DNA from: an uncultured Gammaproteobacteria bacterium | GTDB lineage: Bacteria; Pseudomonadota; Gammaproteobacteria; Magnimaribacterales; D2472 | Direction: 5' to 3' | Assembly (NCBI GenBank): GCA_964343355.1 | Contig: CAYFJC010000002.1 | Location: 1 to 51,564 of the forward strand | DNA length: 51,564 nucleotides | Part shown: positions 38,932 to 47,013 of the stretch, piece after piece | Layout: every line of letters begins with the position of its first letter | Numbering within the stretch: position 1 is the first letter of the stretch | Program-made: the position numbers and the translations under genes | The notes under the pieces: generated by a model | The model's database searches: none | Seen by the model: only the letters and a program-made list of their open reading frames with translations | Told to the model about the DNA's origin: nothing

Positions 38932-40586
38932 AGTCTGTATACCCCATATTCAGTTGCACCTTCAATTGGAATATTGCTAACCACCGATAAGCAAAACCCT
39001 AATATAGTTCTAGTATCTCTTGGATCAATAATTCCATCATCTGTAACCATGCTACTTGCAACCAAAGCGTGTGACATATTTTCAGCAGCCGTTTCTACCA
39101 TTTCTCTTATTTGAGCATCAAATTTTTCATCAAATTTTTCACCAGTTCTTTTTGCTTTAGCTCTTCTTACAATCGACATAACTCTAGCGATCTGTTCTGG
39201 TCCCATAACAGCAATTTTTGCAGTCGGCCATAAAAAAGTAAAACGGTTATTGTATGCTCTTCCTGACATTGCGTAAGTACCAGCTCCATAGGATGCGCCA
39301 ACAATAATAGTGATGTGAGGGACCATTGAATTGGATACAGAATTAATTAATTGAGAACCTTTTTTAATAATTGCCTGCCTTTCAAAATCTTTTCCTACTA
39401 AAAATCCAGTGACATTCTGGAGAAAAATAAGTGGAATATTTCTTTTGTTACACAACTGAATGAAGGTTGCAGCTTTTTCCGCACATTCTGGATAAATAGG
39501 ACCATTATTTCCAACTATACCTACTTGATAACCATGAACACTTGCCCAGCCACATATCATAGTAGGACCATATAAAGGTTTATATTCCTCAAATTGAGAT
39601 CCGTCTGTAAATCTTGCAATGACTTCTCTTATATCTACAGGAGATTTAAGATCTTCACTTATTAAACCTAAAAGCTCTTCTTGATCATAGGCAGGTTCTG
39701 TTGGAATTTTTTTTGGCATATCACCACCTTTCTTCCAATTTAAATGCGATACAACTTCTCTACATATTCTTAGAGCATCCATTTCATCTTCTGCAAGATA
39801 ATCTGATAAACCAGAGATTTCTGAATGCATCTGTGCTCCACCTAGAGTTTCGGCATCAGACTCCTCACCAGTTGCTGCTTTTACAAGAGGAGGCCCAGCA
39901 AGGAAAACTTGAGACTGATCTTTAATGAAGATATTGTAATCTGACATACCAGGCTGATAGGCTCCACCTGCAGTAGAAGATCCAAAGACTACAGATATAA
40001 CTGGAATTCTTAGTTTAGAAAGTTCAGTCATTTCATAAAAGAACCTTCCTGTTGCTGCAAAGTGGGTTTGGTGGATGGTTGGGGATATAGGAGCTTGACC
40101 ACTCTTACTTCCAGTTCCCATACTCAAATCTCCACCAGCAGATTCAACAAAACTTATAAATGGAATTTTATTTTCTCTTGAAATCTCGATTGCCCTTGCC
40201 CATTTTTCACCAACATAAACCGTCATAGCGCCAGCTTTAACTGATGGATCATTTCCAAAAATTACACACTCGACACCTGAAATCATTCCTATACCTGAAA
40301 CACAACCACCACCAACAGTGAAATCCGTTCCATAACCGGCAAAAGGGCTAATTTCTAAAAAAGGACTATCATCATCAATAACATTCATTACTCTTTCACG
40401 AATAGGCATTTTGCCTCTTTTAGCTAATCTCTCATGATGATAAGCACCACCACCTAATTCTGCTTGATCGAGAAGATCGTCTATAAAATCAAGCTTTTCA
40501 AGCATGCCTTTTTTATTTTTTTGATACTCTTCAGATTTAGTGTCTAAGTTACTTCGAAGTTGAGGGGCTATATTCTTAGAATGCAT
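38928..40586 (-). CDS. Acyl-CoA carboxylase carboxyltransferase beta subunit (AtuC/LiuB-like)
   Basis: 552 aa. Carboxyl-transferase family with the N-terminal region GGGAYHHERLAKRGKMPIRERV and the motif AGGAYQPGMSD. It overlaps the alpha subunit gene by 4 nt. Confidence 0.9.
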   Translation of the reverse strand: MHSKNIAPQLRSNLDTKSEEYQKNKKGMLEKLDFIDDLLDQAELGGGAYHHERLAKRGKMPIRERVMNVIDDDSPFLEISPFAGYGTDFTVGGGCVSGIGMISGVECVIFGNDPSVKAGAMTVYVGEKWARAIEISRENKIPFISFVESAGGDLSMGTGSKSGQAPISPTIHQTHFAATGRFFYEMTELSKLRIPVISVVFGSSTAGGAYQPGMSDYNIFIKDQSQVFLAGPPLVKAATGEESDAETLGGAQMHSEISGLSDYLAEDEMDALRICREVVSHLNWKKGGDMPKKIPTEPAYDQEELLGLISEDLKSPVDIREVIARFTDGSQFEEYKPLYGPTMICGWASVHGYQVGIVGNNGPIYPECAEKAATFIQLCNKRNIPLIFLQNVTGFLVGKDFERQAIIKKGSQLINSVSNSMVPHITIIVGASYGAGTYAMSGRAYNNRFTFLWPTAKIAVMGPEQIARVMSIVRRAKAKRTGEKFDEKFDAQIREMVETAAENMSHALVASSMVTDDGIIDPRDTRTILGFCLSVVSNIPIEGATEYGVYRL

Positions 40587-40615
40587 ATAATATTAATTAG
40601 AAATAATTCACATTA

Positions 40616-40643
40616 TGGTAATATAATATTATTAATATTACCA
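40616..40643. promoter_or_regulatory. 9-bp inverted repeat in the operon control region; candidate operator for the embedded TetR
   Basis: tggtaatat (40616-40624) and atattacca (40635-40643), separated by the 10-nt spacer aatattatta. It lies 30-57 nt upstream of the carboxyltransferase ATG and overlaps a minus-strand CATAAT (40612-40617). Confidence 0.35.
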
Positions 40644-40689
40644 CTCAAACAGAGTATTATTAACCTGTTAAGACGCCCAAGGAGTTTAT

Positions 40690-41307
40690 ATGACAATTAA
40701 AATTTATAGTTGCGATGGATCAAGAGGGATGCGACCTATATGGACAGCTGAAGAAATGGGTCTAGATTATGAGGTTGAGATGATGCCATTTCCACCTCGC
40801 TTTCTGCATAAAGAGTTTATGGATATTAATATTTTAGGAACCATACCTTATATGATTGATGGTGATGTGCGTATGACTGAATCAGTTGGAATGAGTCAAT
40901 ATTTTGTAGATACCTATGGCCCAAGTGACCTTAAGGTGAATGTTGATGAGGCTGATTATGGTAATTATCTCAATTGGCTTTCTCATTCAGATGCCACCTT
41001 AACTTTTCCTCAAACAGTTGTATTAAGATATACATTTCAAGAAATTGGAGTTGCTGATAAAGCAGCTGAAGGTTACAGACGCTGGTTTGTTGCTAGACTA
41101 AAACTATTAGAGCAAACTTTAGAGAACAGAGAATATCTCTGTTCAAATAGATTTACGATAGCAGACATATGTGTGAGTTATGCGCTTTTTTTAGCGAAAT
41201 CTTTAGGAATAGAGGAAGCCTTTAAACCTAATATAACTCGTTGGACAGATATGCTCTTTGAAAGAGAAGCCTTTAAAAAGGCTAAGAGCTTTAAATGGGA
41301 AGGATAA
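40690..41307 (+). CDS. Glutathione S-transferase family protein
   Basis: 205 aa. GST N-domain with LGTIPYMIDGDVRMTES (cis-Pro and the Glu-Ser GSH-binding motif). GGAG Shine-Dalgarno sequence upstream. Confidence 0.8.
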   Translation: MTIKIYSCDGSRGMRPIWTAEEMGLDYEVEMMPFPPRFLHKEFMDINILGTIPYMIDGDVRMTESVGMSQYFVDTYGPSDLKVNVDEADYGNYLNWLSHSDATLTFPQTVVLRYTFQEIGVADKAAEGYRRWFVARLKLLEQTLENREYLCSNRFTIADICVSYALFLAKSLGIEEAFKPNITRWTDMLFEREAFKKAKSFKWEG

Positions 41308-41310
41308 TAA

Positions 41311-42579
41311 ATGAATAGCTTTATAAAAAATTCTTTCTTGTTAATTCTTGCTTCATCTCTTAATTTTAATCTATTTGCAGTTGAAGAAAATAGTACTACT
41401 CATATTGAATCTATAGTACTTGGATCTGGTTGTTTTTGGGGAGCAGAAAAGGGCTATGAAGCTCTTCCAGGAGTTATTGAAGCTATCTCTGGATATGCTG
41501 ATGGAAGAGGTATTAGACCAAATTACAGAGATATAACTCAGTTAAAAAATAGACTAAATCCCAATAATCACGCAGAAGTTGTAAAAGTTACTTTTAACTC
41601 TCAATTAATCAATCTGGAAGATTTGCTCCAACATTATTTTGAAAGCCATGATCCAACTCAACTCAACAGACAGGGCAATGATGTAGGCACTCAATATCGT
41701 TCAATAATCTTGTATGAAAATGATAAACAAAAAGAAGTAGCAAAAAATATAATGAATACTTTTCAATTACTCCTTTTAGAGTCCGGCTATGGAGAAATAA
41801 AAACAGCACTTAAAGAGCTTGATCAATTTTATAATGCAGAAGAGTATCATCAAGACTACATAGCTAAAAATCCTAATGGTTATTGCCCTGATCACTCTAC
41901 TGGAATTAAATTTAATGCAAATGATCAAATCGCTAAACTTGATAATAGCAAGCTGCAAGTGGGCAAACAGATCGTTATTATAGAGCCTGAAGGTTTTTGT
42001 CCTTATTGTGAAAGCTTTAAACAAGATGTCGCTAATGACTATAAAGGAAGTATACCTATGTCATTTCGTTTAGCTTCCAATCTTGAAGGCTTAAATCTTA
42101 AGACCCCAACATGGGCAACTCCAACCATTCTTTTTATAGAAGATGGAACTGAAGTTTTTGGTTACCAGGGTTATCTCGAGCCCGAAGCGTTTTATAAATT
42201 TTTTGGGGCTTTTAAATTAGGCAGGAGTGAGGCTTACAATGTTGCTTTTAACGAAGGAACTGATGCAAGATTTTGTCAGGAGTATGAAATTTTTAAAAAT
42301 ACACCTGATGGAGTATTTGTAGATAAGTTAAGCGGTGCGACATTATTTGATACTAGAGATAGATTTAATTCTTCTTCTGGATGGCTCTCGTTTACAAGCC
42401 CAGTTAAAAATTCTACCTATGAACTTGAAGATAATAGTTTTGGTATGCGAAGAACTGAAATAAGATCAAAAAGTTCAGGTATTCATCTTGGTCATGTTTT
42501 TCCTGATGGCCCTAATGGAATGCCAAGATACTGCATCAACGCTACTGTATTAGAATTTGTTTTAAGAAAAAATATTTAA
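41311..42579 (+). CDS. msrAB: Secreted tri-domain methionine sulfoxide reductase: MsrA, thioredoxin-like CPYC domain, MsrB
   Basis: 422 aa. Signal peptide ending LFA. MsrA motifs GSGCFWGAEKGY and YHQDYIAKNPNGYC. The middle domain has GFCPYCESF and WATPTILF. The MsrB motifs are GWLSF, IHLGHVFPDGP and RYCINA. Confidence 0.85.
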   Translation: MNSFIKNSFLLILASSLNFNLFAVEENSTTHIESIVLGSGCFWGAEKGYEALPGVIEAISGYADGRGIRPNYRDITQLKNRLNPNNHAEVVKVTFNSQLINLEDLLQHYFESHDPTQLNRQGNDVGTQYRSIILYENDKQKEVAKNIMNTFQLLLLESGYGEIKTALKELDQFYNAEEYHQDYIAKNPNGYCPDHSTGIKFNANDQIAKLDNSKLQVGKQIVIIEPEGFCPYCESFKQDVANDYKGSIPMSFRLASNLEGLNLKTPTWATPTILFIEDGTEVFGYQGYLEPEAFYKFFGAFKLGRSEAYNVAFNEGTDARFCQEYEIFKNTPDGVFVDKLSGATLFDTRDRFNSSSGWLSFTSPVKNSTYELEDNSFGMRRTEIRSKSSGIHLGHVFPDGPNGMPRYCINATVLEFVLRKNI

Positions 42580-42605
42580 CATATAAAACTATATATAATT
42601 GCGCT

Positions 42606-43082
42606 ATGAATAATCATGATAAGTTTATAAAAGCTCTTAGAAACTTAGCATATCCTGTATGCATTATTTCTAATTCTGAGAATGATATTAAGAATGCCAT
42701 AACAGTTTCTTCAATGACTTCTCTTTCAATAGATCCAGCATCTTTATTAGCTTGTATAAATAAATCGGCCAGCATTCATGCAGCCTTAAAAGTAGGTAAT
42801 TTAGTTAATGTGAATTTATTAAGCTCTTCACAACAAGAAATTTCTACAATTTGCAGCACCAGTGACTCAGAGGTTGGAAGATTTGATAATGATTTTTGGT
42901 CTTATGATTCTAATCAAATGCCTTTTTTACCAGATTCACAAGCCATAATAACTTGTAAAATAGAAGAAATGGTTGATTATGCAACTCACTCTATCCTAAT
43001 TTTATCCATTGATAATGTAGTCTTAAATAGTGAAGAGCCTGACCCTTTACTTTATGGTAATGGCAACTATTTAAAACTATAG
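42606..43082 (+). CDS. Flavin reductase-like (FMN-binding split barrel) protein
   Basis: 158 aa. LRNLAYPVCIIS...AITVSSMTSLSIDPASLLACI resembles the flavin reductase domain. The assignment is moderate. Confidence 0.6.
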   Translation: MNNHDKFIKALRNLAYPVCIISNSENDIKNAITVSSMTSLSIDPASLLACINKSASIHAALKVGNLVNVNLLSSSQQEISTICSTSDSEVGRFDNDFWSYDSNQMPFLPDSQAIITCKIEEMVDYATHSILILSIDNVVLNSEEPDPLLYGNGNYLKL

Positions 43083-43107
43083 AATTTTTATTAGTTAACG
43101 AATATAA

Positions 43108-44268
43108 CTACTCATCAAAGAGTGAAGTCATTCTTTCATAACCCACTATAAATTCCTCTTTAAATTTCTGAACTGTTTGACCAGCTGTAATAGTTTCATC
43201 CACTAATCCAATGCCTTGACCAACCCAATATGTTGCTAGCTGTTTTGCTCCTTCATGACCAATTTCAGCTTGCTTATTAACTACCGCTAAAGCCGGTTCA
43301 CTAATCATAGTCTGAAGAGGCATAGGCAATGGCTCAGGAGCATCTTTGGATTCCCAAGCATCTGTCCATGCAGACTTAAGCTGTCTTGAGTGTTTACCAG
43401 TTCTACTCTTTGAGCGAACAGTTTGACTAGATGTTGCATTTACCATTTTTTCTTTAATGACTTCTGAAGTTTCAGCTTCTATTGTTGGTAAGAAAACTGA
43501 TGCACACCAAACGCCATCTGCTCCCATAGCCATAACTCCTGCCATTTGCTCTCCAGTCGCTATCCCACCTGCTGCAAGGATTGGTATATCACCAAGATCT
43601 TTAATAGCTCGTTTTACCTCAGGCACTAACACCATTGTAGAAACACTTCCACAATGACCACCACCTTCAGTTCCAGAAACCACTAGAATATCTACCCCAG
43701 CTTGAACTTGTTTAATAGCATGCTCTTTAGCACCCAATAGGGCAGCAACTTTTACATTGTTCTCTTTACCCATATCAAGCATCCATTTTGGAGGAACTCC
43801 TAATGCATTTGCTATAAGTTTAATTGGATGTGAAAAAGCAACCTCTAAAAGTTTTTGAGCCCCATCTTGTCTTAAATTTTTACCAAACCTGGAATCAGAA
43901 GCAAGCTCAATATTTTTAGCTTCACTTCCACCTCTTAGAATTTCTCCATCTACATCATACTGCTTGAGAACATCAGCTCTAAAATCTCTATATTCTTGAG
44001 GAATCATATCTCTTAAATCTTCTGAAGTTTTATTTGAACCTTTTCCTTCAAATTTATTAGGTACCAATAAATCAACTCCATAAGGCATTCCATCGATGTG
44101 ATCATCAATCCATTTTAAATCTTGTTCAAGCATTTCTGGAGTATGCCCAACCGCTCCCAATACTCCCATTCCGCCTGCTTTTGAAACAGCAACAACAACG
44201 TCTCTACAATGACTAAACGCAACCATTGGGAATTCGATATCAAACATTTCACATATTGGTGACTTCAT
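43108..44268 (-). CDS. Nitronate monooxygenase / NAD(P)H-dependent flavin oxidoreductase family protein
   Basis: 386 aa. The N-terminal FPMVAFSHCRDVVVAVSKAGGMGVLG and the later GTEGGGH and AAGGIATG motifs fit the NMO TIM-barrel family. Confidence 0.8.
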   Translation of the reverse strand: MKSPICEMFDIEFPMVAFSHCRDVVVAVSKAGGMGVLGAVGHTPEMLEQDLKWIDDHIDGMPYGVDLLVPNKFEGKGSNKTSEDLRDMIPQEYRDFRADVLKQYDVDGEILRGGSEAKNIELASDSRFGKNLRQDGAQKLLEVAFSHPIKLIANALGVPPKWMLDMGKENNVKVAALLGAKEHAIKQVQAGVDILVVSGTEGGGHCGSVSTMVLVPEVKRAIKDLGDIPILAAGGIATGEQMAGVMAMGADGVWCASVFLPTIEAETSEVIKEKMVNATSSQTVRSKSRTGKHSRQLKSAWTDAWESKDAPEPLPMPLQTMISEPALAVVNKQAEIGHEGAKQLATYWVGQGIGLVDETITAGQTVQKFKEEFIVGYERMTSLFDE

Positions 44269-44409
44269 ATTTTTTACTCCTAATTTGTATCTTTTATAAA
44301 TACTTTTAAAACTTATTGAATTTATTCTATCTCAGTTTAAATAACTTCTGTAGTTTTCAAACCAATATAGAAATAAACAATTGTTAATTAATTGTATTAA
44401 AATTGAGAG

Positions 44410-44904
44410 ATGGATAATAGTTTAAATTTTTCAGTACCTGATATTTGCGATGAGTATATGGATAAGATTCAAGTAGGCAGTCTGAGCTTTAACTCTTACG
44501 GGGGTGAAGAGATATTTTCAGGTGAAATTGAAACCATTATTTGCCCAGACGATAATTCATTAGTTAAAGATATCTTAAATCAACCAGGCAATAACAGAGT
44601 CTTAGTGATTGATGCAAAGGGGGTAGATCATGCTTCTATGATAGGTGATCAAATTGCAGTAAAAGCATTAAAAAATAACTGGAATGGAATTATTGTAGAT
44701 GGCTTTGTCAGAGATATTGAGATACTTAAAACTATTCCAATTGGTATTTATGCAAAAGGCTCTATTCCTAAAAAGACAAATAAAAATGGTCTGGGAACTC
44801 TTGGGGCTGATATTTTTGTCGGAGGGGTGATGATACGTCCAGGTAATTGGATTTATATAGACTCTAATGGTTGGATTATTGCAAAGAAGCAACTAGAACT
44901 TTAG
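44410..44904 (+). CDS. rraA: RraA family protein (RNase E regulator / HMG-CHA aldolase fold)
   Basis: 164 aa. It looks collinear with E. coli RraA as I recall it (PDICDEY..., NRVLVIDAKG, GIIVDGFVRD). Confidence 0.8.
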   Translation: MDNSLNFSVPDICDEYMDKIQVGSLSFNSYGGEEIFSGEIETIICPDDNSLVKDILNQPGNNRVLVIDAKGVDHASMIGDQIAVKALKNNWNGIIVDGFVRDIEILKTIPIGIYAKGSIPKKTNKNGLGTLGADIFVGGVMIRPGNWIYIDSNGWIIAKKQLEL

Positions 44905-45780
44905 TTCTTCAAATATGTTGTCTTTTTTTATCCATAAGATATCAATCCAATCTTTAAAATTATTTCGATAAACTTCATCGCTTAAGTAGTTCTTATTTTT
45001 TAGATTTTCAGGCACTTCATACTCTTGTATATGAACTTTTACATTTTTCATCTCACCTTTTAAAAACGACCAAAAGCTTTTCTTTTTAGATTTATAGACA
45101 ATCGTAAAGTCTAATAATTTATTAATTTGTGGAATAGCAGACAAAGCAGTAGCAATACCCCCAACTTTAGGCTTTAGTAAATTTTTATAAGGCGAGTTTT
45201 GCTCTAGATGCTTTTGATCAGTATGCCTAGTACCTTCAGCGTAACTAAAGACTGTAGTTGGCGACCTGTGAAAGCGCTTGCAAGATTTAATAGTATTTTC
45301 ATAATCTTTATACCTAAGATCAGGTTTTTTTTCTATCTCCGCTCTTGAGTGTCTATGAACAAAAGGCATATTTAAAGTTTTGTTTGCAAGAAATACAAAA
45401 GGTATCCACCATAATTCTTTTTTCATAAATATTTTAAGTAATGGAATTCTATAATTTGTTGCCACGAGAATGACAAAAATATCTGCCCAAGAGCTGTGAT
45501 TCGACATAGCTAAATACCAATCATCTGTAGATAATTTATCATCGCTAATAATTTGGATAGAGTTCTTTCCATGCATGAATTGCATAATATACTTAAGACC
45601 AAGCACAGTTATTTCACCTATCGTATTTGATACTTTATGCAGAAAAATTTTAAAACGCTGAGTGCGAACAACAATTCTAGGAATATTGATTATAGCTAGA
45701 ATTGAAAACCCAATAATTAATTCGGTAAGAATTAAAACAAGGCTAATAACGCCAATTAAGTTAGATTTAAAATAATTCAT
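44893..45780 (-). CDS. Lysophospholipid/glycerolipid acyltransferase (PlsC superfamily, YihG-like)
   Basis: 295 aa with an N-terminal TM segment. HX4D motif MSNHSSWADIFV and a second motif YAEGTRH. The 3-prime end overlaps rraA by 12 nt. Confidence 0.75.
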   Translation of the reverse strand: MNYFKSNLIGVISLVLILTELIIGFSILAIINIPRIVVRTQRFKIFLHKVSNTIGEITVLGLKYIMQFMHGKNSIQIISDDKLSTDDWYLAMSNHSSWADIFVILVATNYRIPLLKIFMKKELWWIPFVFLANKTLNMPFVHRHSRAEIEKKPDLRYKDYENTIKSCKRFHRSPTTVFSYAEGTRHTDQKHLEQNSPYKNLLKPKVGGIATALSAIPQINKLLDFTIVYKSKKKSFWSFLKGEMKNVKVHIQEYEVPENLKNKNYLSDEVYRNNFKDWIDILWIKKDNIFEELKF

Positions 45781-45843
45781 AATTAATCTCTTGGCTAAAA
45801 GAGATACTTATTATAACAATTAGATAAATTACTGTTTGATTTA

Positions 45844-46983
45844 TTAAAAATTACTTAAATTTGCGTATCTTTCTTGATGAAAGTTGGCTCCGCCAAAAAT
45901 AACTTCAGCAACTCTAGCTCTTTTCATATAAAAACCAACGTCATACTCATCCGTTACACCAATTCCACCATGCATCTGCACAGATTCGTTTGAAACCAAA
46001 TGCAAAGTCTCCCCTGCAATAGATTTAGCAAGACTCGCCATTCTTTGAAGATCATTATTATTTTCATCAGCACCTTGCATAGCTGCCATAACAGCAGACT
46101 TAGTTAGCTCTATCTCAACAAACATTTCAGCTGCTCTATGCTGAAGGGCTTGAAAGGTTCCAATTAAAACTCCAAATTGCTTTCTTTCTTTTAAATAATT
46201 TAATGTCATTTCAAAAGCTGCTTCTGAGTTGCCAAGCATCTCTGCAGCTAAAGCTATTCTTCCTTCATCTAAAATTTTATCAATAGCTTCGCCGCCAGAC
46301 TCTTGGTCCCCTAACAAAGCTTTTTTAGCTAATGAAACATTATTAAAAACTATATTTGCATAGTTTCTACAATCAGCCATGTCTGTTTTAATAACCTCAA
46401 CACCTTCTTGATTTGCATCAAGAATAAACAAAGTAAGGCCCATATTCTCGCCTTTTATGCCAGAAGTTCTAGCTAATACGATCAAAATATCAGCACTTGA
46501 ACCATCAACTACAAATTTCTTTTTACCATTAATTACCCACTCATCTCCAACTAGTTCCGCTTTGGTAAGAGTATTTGATGGAGCATGATGACTTTCTTCA
46601 TCAACTGCTAGAGCTGTAGTAATTTCTCCTGAAGCTATCTTTGGAAGGTATTCTGCTTTTTGCTCTTGAGTTCCAAAAGTATTAATTGCTGAAGCTCCCA
46701 AGACTGCTGTTGCCAGAAGAGGTGATGGAGTAAGAGTTTTCCCCACCTCTTGCATAACCACGCTTATACCCGCAAGACCAAAATCTGATCCGCCAAATTC
46801 TTCTGGAATTAAAATACCTGACCAACCCAACTCAACCATTTCTTTCCAAACTTCCTTATCCCAATTTTGAGGGTCATTATCATCTCTTAGGGCTCGAAAA
46901 TGATTAACTGGAGTTCTATTTTCTGCAAAATCTTTTGCAGAATCTTTAAGCATTTGCTGCTCTTCATTAAGTATTAGTTTCAT
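45844..46983 (-). CDS. Acyl-CoA dehydrogenase family protein, small partner lacking a catalytic Glu
   Basis: 379 aa. Gly sits at the IVD/LCAD-type base position (LDEGRIALAAEMLG) and Gly at the MCAD-type position (VIFGGANF). Confidence 0.85.
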   Translation of the reverse strand: MKLILNEEQQMLKDSAKDFAENRTPVNHFRALRDDNDPQNWDKEVWKEMVELGWSGILIPEEFGGSDFGLAGISVVMQEVGKTLTPSPLLATAVLGASAINTFGTQEQKAEYLPKIASGEITTALAVDEESHHAPSNTLTKAELVGDEWVINGKKKFVVDGSSADILIVLARTSGIKGENMGLTLFILDANQEGVEVIKTDMADCRNYANIVFNNVSLAKKALLGDQESGGEAIDKILDEGRIALAAEMLGNSEAAFEMTLNYLKERKQFGVLIGTFQALQHRAAEMFVEIELTKSAVMAAMQGADENNNDLQRMASLAKSIAGETLHLVSNESVQMHGGIGVTDEYDVGFYMKRARVAEVIFGGANFHQERYANLSNF

Positions 46984-47013
46984 TATTATTTTCCTAGTAA
47001 ATTTCTTAAATAT

